From assembly GCA_038496445.1 (NCBI GenBank), contig JALMLS010000493.1, positions 1-33,092 of the forward strand: a DNA stretch of 33,092 nt, written 5' to 3'. The position numbers were made by a program, and so were the translations under genes. Under the pieces are notes generated by a model, which saw only the letters and a list, made by a program, of their open reading frames with translations, was not told the DNA's origin and did no database searches. This document shows, piece by piece, positions 23,028-33,092 of the stretch. Within the stretch, counting starts at the first letter, position 1, and every line of letters begins with the position of its first letter. This stretch comes from Trichosphaerium sp. ATCC 40318 (taxonomy: Eukaryota; Protista; Tubulinea).

Positions 23028-25818
23028 TTACCAATCTTCAGCACGTGGTTCAATAGTAATACTCTTTTGATACAACTCATCTTCTGTTTCAGGCTGTATC
23101 CGCTTATTAAGAAAGTGTTGAACTAAAGGCATCTCCACTAGGTTATAAGGCATTTGTTGAAAACTAGTGATGCGTATAATCACATTGTAAAGAAGACGAC
23201 GTTTTTTGAAGTTAATCAATCCATCTATAGCATCAGGATTACCATCCTCGATGAACGTAACATCAGTTAAGCATATTCCACTATAAACAAGAATATAAGT
23301 TGCTACACAAGAGACTTGAAGGGTGTTTTTTTCTTCCTAAAAGGAACGCACAGATGAGGAATACAAGGCGGATTTAAGTCATCCAATACATCTCTGTACT
23401 CTTTAAATGACTTACGTGGTTCCATTAAACGCTCAAAAGACTCAAACTTTTTAAGCGTCTGCTTAGACAGTGCCTAGAATTATTGTTATGGCGATGAACA
23501 ACAAATAAAAAAAAGTCATACCCGTTTAGTCAACTGCAGACGATACACAGATGCATTATTTAAGCCGCTTAGTATGGCATTTAGTCCACTATAATTATGC
23601 AACACGATGCACTCCTAGTAATTAATGTAAGATGCCTCATAATCTACTTTTTTCTTATCTTTTGAGATACATACCTTGGCTATATTTACAAAATGTGTCA
23701 TGATTTTAGCACGCTTCTTTACGTTAGTTTCACTAACAATAGTAGAAGCTGTCCATAAAGAAAACTTATTAAAATCGCGTATAGTACGCAATATATTAGG
23801 TGCCATATGCTTTAATTCTGGTTTACTCCAGGCTTGATTCATAAATTCTTTTGACTGTACAAAGCAAGTTAGTTTTGAAGAAACATAGAGTGTCAACGAA
23901 CTTGAATGCTATTAAAGTAACTCCAATTGCGTAAGGTCAATTGTCTGGCAAATTCAGCTGGACTAATGTCCATAACGGTCATCTTATCTAAATCACGCAC
24001 TCGTGGCGTCTAAATTACATTGTAAGAAAGACATTATCTTCTATGGCAATTAAAAATACGTACTATTGATGGTGGTGGGTCAGTGTTAAATATAAGTACA
24101 GTGTTTTTTGTAACGCCAAGCCGCTAAGAAAAAAAGAAACGTGATAAGACTTCAAAGAAACGTGTCAGAAAACAATACCTTTTTCATCAATGTTTTACTC
24201 ATTTTGTCAGCTAGTGAGGTACGACCTTCAGCAACCAACATTGTAATAAATTTTTCTACACGCTCAATAATCTCGTCATAAAAATCAACCCAGTGATCGC
24301 CTATCCAGTGACCCATAACATTGACAACACGAATTTGGATTTCGTTTTTGTCCGCTTTTAGATCATCTCTTTCAGGTACACAATATCGTTGTTCCAACTT
24401 ATCCATAAGCAACTTTGGCGTAGCGAACGATCGGTATGTAAGTAAGAAAACCTTGACAAAATAGGGATTTGCTACAAATGTAATAAGAGAGGATTTTGTT
24501 AGTGAGAAAACGTACATCCTTTAGTTGCTGTCAAGTACTCAATGAGTCGATTTAGGGACGCTGCAAGCAACTCTTCACCTTCCTATGTTATAATAAGCAA
24601 CCTAAAGTGTAATTTATTGATATGAACTTACCATACGAATGTTGCCGTAAGGTTCATCCCAGAGAGGCATTTTTAAAGTCGGATGTTTAATTGCCAATTG
24701 ATTTTCACGTTTGATATTCCATTCCTGGTCATGTGTCAAAATTACATGTGGATAGTTAACGTACTTGTTCTACTAGTTTATCCATTGAAAATCCCTTAAG
24801 ATCACATCGGAAACTTGCAGCCTGGTGCTCTACGCAGAGGTTAAGGAAATTCGTGAATAACGAGTATTGAATGCAAAAGAATTTATCGAAAAATTTCGTA
24901 CTTGTCCTATCTCTTCTACGCCTAAACATTTGAGACTCTTCATCAGTTTTACGTCTGTCATGCTCCTTCATTTTGGCTTTTACTCCTAAATGTTTACGAC
25001 TATTGCGCCTTAAGAGGCCTCCCATTGATCTACTCTTTCTTCTGGGCTCTTTTGCACTAGTTGGTACTGTCTGAATACGAAGACGTCTATCTTGAGCTTT
25101 CATCGACTCTTCCTTTAGGATATTTTCTGTTCGTTGTAAAAGCTTTTCTCTGTGCTTTTGAGAGGTTTCAGCGCGCTGCATTAAAACGAGAAACGTTCGA
25201 ATTTCTTGTTGTATTGTTGCAACTGAAATTTTCTTTGATTTGCGTTTTTGGACGTTGGGTACAAGATCAACGTCCTTAGGCACTACGAGCTATACACAAG
25301 CATGTTAGAGCTTCGAATGAAATGATAATGCACTATTATGTGGACCTTTAATGAGCGTAAAAGATGCTGCAAGCGCTTGACGCTTTGTACGCCTTGGCCA
25401 GCGTCTTGATTTTGAACGAGTTGCCTCACTTGATCCTTAACCCACCGCGTTTTGGTTGTAATGTCCCATATTTGAAAGCAGAACGTGTTTTTCATGTCCC
25501 ACAGTAGTGCATCATCGATGGTTGGGTTTACGGAAGGATATTCCTTTGGGTTAGGCACAACATGTAAAACCTTATTTTGTTAGTTTATTTCGTAAAAACC
25601 GCGTTATTCGCGCGTAAAGAACGTACTGCTTTGACTTTCATCAATGGACCAACAAAATATTTTATGTCTGCCCACCCATCATAATTGCTGAATTCTCGCG
25701 CTAGTGCGATAACTTTTTTGATAAAGCACAAAACCAAGGTTGTAGTTTCTTTACTTGTTGTACTAAGCGAAAGCAGTTCGTCACGCAGTACAGCGCTTGT
25801 GGGCGAAGCGTCAGCCAT
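23028..25818 (-). CDS. Ras guanine-nucleotide exchange factor (REM + CDC25 domains)
   Basis: REM domain PYFVKVFLLTYRSFATPKLLMDKLEQRY; CDC25 motifs [69 protein letters not shown] and LINFKKRR. Confidence 0.93.
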
Positions 25819-26277
25819 TTTTCAAGTTAACTAACGCTCAAACTGGTGTAATATTGTACTGTTATGAAACCATCAGCACACCAATCTTGCAAAATACTGA
25901 AATATTGGTTCAACGTGTTCTGTTTGTCTGTACCAACAGCTCAGTTTAGTTGTTATTTTTGCTTAATTAGGGTTGGGGCTAAGGCAAGTTAAAAACCTCT
26001 GTTGACTTGGAGGCATTCCCGCTTATTTTTTTTTGTCTCATACATTCGTGGAACGTCACCACGCCTCTAAATATCAACTGTACATCTCCTCTGTTGTATT
26101 GTAAACAATCTACAAAGGTAATTAGACTCTACAACGCGTCCGTTTTCTCGATCGGCCGCTTGTAAAAAGTTTGCTCTTTTTCTTCATTTCTAGCATACAC
26201 TACCACTCGTGACAACCTGTTATGTGATTTTCAGCTCATTATTTTCTAACGCCTCTTAGTTTTATGTACAAAACGCA

Positions 26278-27074
26278 ATGGAAGTTGACACCGTTCCTTA
26301 TATGAGTGCGTACGGCTCACCAACACCAACTTTCGGTCAGATGGAATTTGCTTGGCCAAATAATGGTCGCAACAATGCGCAACCAACCTTCACACCTCCT
26401 CAATTCAATAATACTGGTTTCCACTCTGCTAGAGGCTCTTTTCCATCAAACGTGCCAACAACGATTCGCACAACGCCTTCAGCGTTCAACATACCCAACG
26501 AGCGTCGCGGTGTAAAAAGGAACCGCTCTGTAGATTATTCGTACGAACTGAAACTTTTATTTTTCTCTCTTTAAACTTTCACTCAACGATCCTTGAAAGA
26601 GAGAACTTTCTACTGGTTCCTGTCCTGAGTGTAGCGTATTTTTCGGTACTTACTATCTCTGTTAGAGACGATTACAACCAGGTTAACAGGTGTATGAAGC
26701 GATTGCGTATACCTCAAAATTTAACGCTTCACGTCCGCACTCTGCATGGCAGATTACTCAAAATCACAGTAAACAGCGATGACTGTGTTCAAAAGATAAA
26801 GGAAGAAATTTTAAAGCGTGAAGGTACGATCTCATTGCTTTTGTTTCGAATATTCTCCAACCGCCAAAAAAAAAGTTTAAAAATGAGAGTCTTTGTTCTT
26901 GGTATTTTTAATTTAAATGTATTTCTTGTTCTCACCTAGGACGTAGGTATTCCGTACGAGCAACAACGTTTGGTGTATCGGGGAAAGCTTATGGCCGACT
27001 GCCGAACACTGCGAAATTATGGCCTTGAAGATAATGCGAAACTTCACATGGTCCTACAACTTCGTGGTGGATGA
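26278..27074 (+). CDS. Ubiquitin/NEDD8-like domain protein with a ~100-aa low-complexity N-terminal extension and a free C-terminal LRGG
   Basis: Exons 26278-26540, 26690-26823 and 26947-27074 give ...LTLHVRTLHGRLLKITVNSDDCVQKIKEEILKREGIPYEQQRLVYRGKLMADCRTLRNYGLEDNAKLHMVLQLRGG*. Confidence 0.85.
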
Positions 27075-27548
27075 ACAGCACTTTTTATTCGTAAACCTCG
27101 GCTGGAGTCTACTCTTTGTACCATAGATGAGGCTTTACTTGCCTGTAAATAAAAGCAATTAAACCCACACACGGTTGGATAGTTAAACTCTCCTAGGAAT
27201 TTTGGCGTTTAAGCGTCACCCACCGTTCATAACAACTTTGCAAAACTGTAACTAGTATAATGCGCTTGTTTCATGCTCGGCAAGTGGTTTTGGAGCACTT
27301 TGATGTGCAAAACGTCACGTTTTTGGTAATTGTTCAACAACTTTCTGTTTTTAGGTGTTTGGTGGTTTAAACGGTTTTTATTGCTAAAGCGCAAGAGAAT
27401 ATTCGTCTTTCTCTCAAGGGATTACCGTTGGTAGATGGCTTGTCTTTAAATCGCTAGAAAAGGCATGTATAAAATCAAACGTTGAAATTTCGCGACTACC
27501 AACAATTGGCTCATACCAGCACGTTGCATCGGAGAGGCCATTAAAAAG

Positions 27549-28780
27549 ATGGATGACATTCAGAGATTGTAAGTAGCGAACCAAAGAAATATTGTACTTA
27601 GCAAATTTATAGGCGCTCGCAACAAATACAAAGCCTACGCGCGTTCTTCCCTCACACCAACGAATTAGCGCCAAATTTGTTTGACGTGCCCCTGTTCCTG
27701 AATAATGGCAACAACGTATCTGTAAGGCTGTACGTAGCGTTTAGAGGCCTTATTTAACTCTATAAGGATTCTACCGTCAAACTTCCCTCAAACGCGCCCA
27801 ACAATATCAATACCCGATCAAAATCATCACATGTTAGGTGCGTACCGCTATTAGGCTATTAGTAATATTGTTTAGATAGAAATTACACAATAATACCATC
27901 AAAAATCCCTAGCCTTCAAAATTGGACAATGCACACCGACTTGGGCGCATTAATACAGGTAACAGTTTTTTGTTTCAGTTAAATACGCTACGGTACCTCC
28001 CTTACGTTTTACAGTTGGTAGCTCACCACCTAAACAACCCTCAACCTCAAGCCATGCGTTCAAGCAGTCCAAGCCAACACCGTAACAGCACGCCTCAAGC
28101 ACAGATGCCAGTTGCTAATACCACCGCCAACTGTCGAGAAATTAATGACTTAGAGTATGGCTATCAAACCAATGACAGACTTCTGACGGTTTGTATTAGC
28201 GTTGCTAGGATGCAACAACTCATGGACAACCCAGAAGAATTTAGTGTTTTCTTCTTTAATTTAGACGTTGTAAAGAACTGCGCAAAACTCAGAGAGGAAG
28301 TAGATGAGCGTAATAAGGCTCTCCAAGGTAAATTTAATGTCACAAACCTAGACTGCTCACGTTGCTACAGCCAAAAACAACGAAATACAGGGAGAGCTTC
28401 AGCAACTACGTGGAGTGGAACAAGAGAAGCAAAAGTCTCTTCAAGAGCTAAGCGCAGAGTATGATGCTCTACAGAACAAGAGAGATGAGTTGCAACAAGT
28501 ATGTGTAACAGCTGTGGTGCTTACAACCTTTCTTTTGTTTAACTATAAATTGTAGAGAGTGGGAAAGCAAGCATTGTTATCTAGGCTTGCTGAGAAGATA
28601 GATGAGGCAGAAGAACAAGCAGATGAAGTTCAAAGCAAATATGAATACGGTGGTGATTACTTGGCCTATGTTCGTAGTTATATGCCTTTACGTACAAAAT
28701 ACCACCTGAGGTAAGCAGTGTAAACTTTTTTTTTCCTGTTCTAACAAGATTTAAGGACAATCAAGTCAAAGAATTTTTAA
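27549..28780 (+). CDS. VPS37: ESCRT-I subunit VPS37A-like (N-terminal UEV-like domain + Mod(r) domain)
   Basis: MDDIQRLRSQQIQSLR...LILPSNFPQTRPTISI...NHHML...NWTMHTDLGALIQ resembles the VPS37A UEV-like region. ALLSRLAEKIDEAEEQADEV...YVRSYMPLRTKYHLR fits Mod(r). Additional upstream exons are not excluded. Confidence 0.82.
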
Positions 28781-28923
28781 ATCAAACTACAGTCGCCACT
28801 GCCTTTGGTGACATGTTCATTGTATAATAAAACATTGCATTATAACTGATAGTTAATTCATGGCATGGAGAACTTGCAGAAAGAGCTCGGGAGGATAAGG
28901 AGGGGAATGAATTCTTTTTTGAT

Positions 28924-29876
28924 TTATTTTGTAGAATCGTGATACCGCACTACAGGTTCTCCTAATTCGTTCCAATGACTTTCTTCTCCTTTAGGAACTC
29001 CCTCAGAAAACATACAATGCACACTTAGTTGCCCGTTTTCGTGCCATTCTCTGTATTCGCCTTCTTTTTGACTATCTACAACCATACATTGAACCTTAAT
29101 TTGACCATTTTCGTGCCACTCCTTATGTTCTCCTTGCTTCATTCCTTTAACAACTGAGTATTGAATACTCAGTTGTCCGTTTTCATGCCACTCTGTGCTC
29201 AAGCCTTCCTTGACACCATCAATCATAGTACATTCCATTTTGAGTTGTCCGCTTTCAAACCACATCTTGTTTTCATGTTTGCGAGAAGAAATCTCCTTGG
29301 AGCACATCTTGAGTTGCCCACTTCTATATCTTAACTCTACATCGCCTGACTGCTTACCATTGATTAATGTGTAGTGGTCCTTTAGGACTCCATTATCATA
29401 CCACGTGCTCATCTCACCTTCAAGCTTGCCATTTACCATTGAACATTTGACTTCGAGTTGTCCATTCTTGTGCCATTGGAGTACCTCACCTTCTCTTGTA
29501 TCATTATCCAAGGTACATACCATACTTAGTTGCCCGTTTTCGTGCCATTGTTTGCATATACCTTCACCCTTACCCTTTACTACATTGTATTGCATTGAAG
29601 GTTTGCCATTTAGGTGATACTTTATGTGAAGACCTTCTTGCACGCCATTAACAAAGGTGATTTGCATTTTAAGTGATCCATTTGTATGCCACAATAACCA
29701 TGTGCCATGTTTTTCCATTTTGGAGTTGTAACATGTCATTGTAGCTGTAGTTTTACTCAATAAACTCCTTCAAAAAAATTAGCAAAAAACTGGTAAAATA
29801 TTTCTCCTTTGTACCATTTTTGGAAAGCTTCAGGAGTGTGTGATGATATCAACCGTTGTATGTCTTTCGGTAACAT
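28924..29876 (-). CDS. MORN-variant (YwqK-like) repeat protein with a putative N-terminal F-box-like motif
   Basis: About ten ~24-aa repeats EG...EWHENGQL...C..V.G. A 47-nt GT-AG intron (29768-29814) joins an upstream exon in frame, giving MLPKDIQRLISSHTPEAFQKWSLLSK. Confidence 0.8.
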
Positions 29877-30258
29877 CTCTAAAACACTTTATTTTGTATC
29901 ATAGAATCGTTGGACGCATCGTTAAGTGCCATAGTCCTAGTCGTATTAAGTTACAGACTGACACAATTGTGTTACGCTTGAATAAACTAGGTACTAATAC
30001 TCACTTGATTATTAAATTTATAGTGTTGTAACCGGTGTGAAAAAAGTAGAGTTATGTTTCAGCAGATTCTGACATTTTCACTGAAATTTCAAATCACGTG
30101 AATTTTTTCTAGAAGACCCAAACACCTTTCATGAAAGTTGATCGAAACCATTTTTATCAACTTTATAAACTGACAAACTCTCCAAGGGATTTGTTAATGA
30201 ATACTATGAACAAGATAGGTATGATGGACAATCAAGTTCGCAAAAGTGAAATGACTTG

Positions 30259-30286
30259 AAAAAAAAAAAAAAAAAAAAAAAAAAAA
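30259..30286 (+). repeat. 28-nt poly(A) tract
   Basis: Uninterrupted run of A, the longest homopolymer seen in the window. Confidence 0.95.
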
Positions 30287-30506
30287 GACAATTAAGTTAG
30301 ATCAATGTAATTTATTGATAACAACAGTTGTACAAAGATCTTTTAGATTACGAAAATTGAGAAAAGTTCACTTTGAAGATCCGAATCCAGACGAAGTTAA
30401 GGTTTTTGTAGTAAAGTAGAAGGGCTATTTGAGATTAATTGTCTTAGTTTAGGTTTTTTTGAGTATTGTAAGGAGAGTATTGTGAAGAAGTGCTATTGTA
30501 GAAGTG

Positions 30507-32306
30507 CTAGCTGTTGGAGTAATCATTGGTATAGCAATACCGTGGGCTATGCGCTACCGTTACTGGTAGATTGTCGTATGAGCAAGTAGAAGATATTTCT
30601 CCTCTGCTTTTATTTATTATTTTTTACTAAGTAACCCTTGGCAAAACGTACCTAAAGAAAATGACAGGATGCAGCATTTGTAAAAGTTGCTCTGGAACAA
30701 AACAATACCTATGAACGTAGATGAGATTGCTCCTAGTGCCTCCGTGACATGCAAAGGGTTCAAGGTTGTAACTTGCATACCTAGCGTCTAAGAAATAAAA
30801 TGATGTACCTTAAGCTTGAACCTCGCGGGCGTGGTCTGGGTTAATTATAGAAACCAGAGCCGAACAATCATCTTGATGACTTTTGCACCGGCTATGAAGT
30901 ACATCCCTTCGCTCCCGTGCTATGTGATCAAAAGGTCTTAGCGTGCCTCTATGGTTTACAAGTTCGTTGCCAGCACCTTCCGCACACGTTTGTTGTAGAA
31001 CAACTCACGAAGCTGCATGGTTTTGTGGGGTTCGTTTGATTAACCTACAAGTAAATGACGTACTATTGATCATTATCGCGGTGATTTAGTTTACAAGCGG
31101 AAGAAGGTATGCAAACTTTACTCGACACCTATAAAAAAAAGCCTAACAGCAATGGTAACTTACTTAACCCTTCTGGTAAGTGCTCATGCAAGCACATTAC
31201 CGCTGTAAGACAGGCTTGACATACCTCTTGCATTAGGTAGTAATACCTATCCCAGAAGTCGTTGTCAAAGTTGACTTCTTTGTAATACTCCTCATCAAGG
31301 AGGTAGCCGTGTTTCTCATCAAATAAATGTCTTTCCCGGTACTTGATGTCTATATCATTGGACTTACAAAAGTCTTTGTTGAGGAGCATTTCGTGGTAGT
31401 GTAAAACCTAATGCTTGTGTAAGTATAAAAAAAAAAGGAACGTACCGCGTTTCGGTGTAATAATAATCTGGACCAATTCTAAACAATCGGCTTCCAACTT
31501 GCTCAAATCGACTTTACCACCATGGCAAAGCTCGCCACGTTTTATTACTACTCTTCGCCATAATATATTGGCTCTAAGAGCGTCTCTCCGCTTGGCCTTG
31601 AGAAACGAATGCATTAACCCCCATAAACCATTGTCGTGGAACAATAAGGAGTTCCAGCCACAAATGTCCAAACACCGAAGGAGTGGCAACCCTTCGGGTA
31701 TGTCGCTTTCTAAAATTGCGAAAACAGCCATTACTGACTCGCACACCACCTCTAGCGCATGTGCAAAACATCTCCACGTAGTGCGATCCCGTGCAATATA
31801 ACGGGCGACAGTTAAAAATCGCACTTTGTCTTGTAACTAAAAATAGAATTAGATAAACCACAGATACAATAACAAAGTAAACCTTGCGTACTCCGAGTCA
31901 GTGAGTGCCTTGGAACCTGTGCATCACAGAAAATGTAAAAATCATTAGCTTGAGAAAGAACTGGCAAAAAAACTAAGCGTACATTGTAAAGCCAATAGTT
32001 TTGCTCGTGGACCATCTCTAGTTTTGTGAAATCTACCGCTGTAAGTACGTTCCACGCCAGAGAAAAAGCGAAAAAACCAAAAAACTGATGAGAGAAAAAG
32101 AAAACAACAAAAAAACGTGCAATAAACACGTGTTACGGTTCTATTAATTCCGAATTCTTGCTTTTTTCCACAAAACACTATCTCGAGAAATAAAACGTGC
32201 AATGTACGTACCTGTTTCAGCTGCTTGCCTAAAGATGTTAATCTATCTATCCCTCATAGGTCTGGTATTCTAACGATGTTTCTTTAACTCCTATGAAAGA
32301 TTAGAA
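30507..32306 (-). CDS. Uncharacterised multi-exon gene or pseudogene; boundaries and model unresolved
   Basis: Open, protein-like exons at about 31446-31836 and 31226-31407 are bounded by GT/AG sites. Other exon-like segments flank them, but I could not join them in one frame. No family recognised. Confidence 0.4.
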
Positions 32307-32528
32307 ATTACGATTGCAGAGGAATGAATAAAAAGCTTCATTAAATTATTTACACGTGTTACGCGTAAATTACGCGCCTCAAAACCCGAGTATTGAGATG
32401 CTTCGGGTGTTTCTCAAGTTGTGCGTTGCCGAATAGTCAATGTGTTTTAGTTCCTACAGAATTTGTAAGTAAGTAAACAACAAAAGAACTGAAGCTCAAA
32501 CAAGCCTAGAAAATTTTGCTTTATACTA

Positions 32529-33092
32529 ATGGCGGTTCATGTACTATAGCCATCAGCTTTGGACTTTGATTTGCAAGAAGAGCTACTAAGCGGTGGTGGA
32601 CTGATGAGATTTGAAATATTTGCCTTACTTCACGTGGTATTTGTGATCCAAAAACCACGTGAAGCATGTGTGGTTGCAAAAAAAAACTCATCAGTAAAGT
32701 GTCTGAATTCTAATTCCAGTGTGAAGTTTACAGGAACGCGATAGTACGTAGTGAGGTTTGTGTCCTTCACAAGAAGTTTAATAATCTACTTGACCTTATC
32801 AAAACAATTATGAAACTTACTGAGTTGCTCCTTCGACAACAAATGAACCAAGCTTTAATCGTCCCTGCGCTCTACTTGGATTCCGTAAATTCTTAAGAGA
32901 AGCATTGATGTTGTACGATACTAACTTTGTTTCCGTTCACTATCGTTTGTTTAACATTGAACTGATCAAAGATGTCATATTAAGCTTCTTTGAAGCTGTT
33001 GACATGTGCGTTTAAAAACAACATTCAAGCACTGGCGCTGTCTAAATTGAGTCTTTCCAAGACAATGCAAGAAACACAGTTTGGAAGAGAAC
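32529..33092 (+). CDS. Probable 5' part of an uncharacterised spliced gene running off the window
   Basis: ATG at 32529 followed by exon-like frames (LDFDLQEELLSGGGLMRFEIFALLHV; CEVYRNAIVRSEVCVLHKKFNNLLDLIKTIMKLTELLLRQQ) flanked by GT/AG sites. Confidence 0.4.

Noticed and set aside
27549-28780. TSG101/Vps23 assignment
   Set aside because: The C-terminus fits Mod(r) rather than the steadiness box, and the N-terminus resembles VPS37A.
28924-29760. Bacterial YwqK antitoxin or contaminating DNA
   Set aside because: There is no toxin partner, the gene has a spliceosomal-type intron, and it is contiguous with eukaryotic genes.
1638-29876. Alternative genetic code to explain the fragmented ORFs
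   Set aside because: Short GT-AG introns explain the fragmentation, and conserved genes end in TAA, TAG and TGA.

Overview
Gene-dense, AT-rich eukaryotic (protist) genomic DNA with many short GT-AG introns (mostly about 45-110 nt) and the standard genetic code. An amoebozoan source is the best guess (actobindin-type repeats, class IV myosin), but this is inference. The window opens in a satellite (~44-bp monomer, ~133-bp trimer), followed by a patch of mixed-orientation TTAGGG-like repeats and an AT-rich spacer. About 14 spliced genes follow: RapGAP (-), RRP8 (+), a multi-repeat actobindin/WH2 protein (+), a WW-motor-MyTH4 myosin (-), an ELC-like EF-hand light chain (-), CFDP1/Swc5 (+), calmodulin (+), TFIIF alpha (+), a ~70-aa-repeat protein ending in a PD-(D/E)xK/Vsr-like nuclease-type domain (-), RasGEF (-), an N-terminally extended NEDD8/ubiquitin-like protein ending in LRGG (+), VPS37A-like (+), an F-box-like + MORN-variant repeat protein (-), one poorly resolved gene (-) and a partial gene at the right edge. 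The strongest candidate for an undescribed system is the tandem-repeat + nuclease-fold gene. All gene models were spliced by eye; no database search was run.
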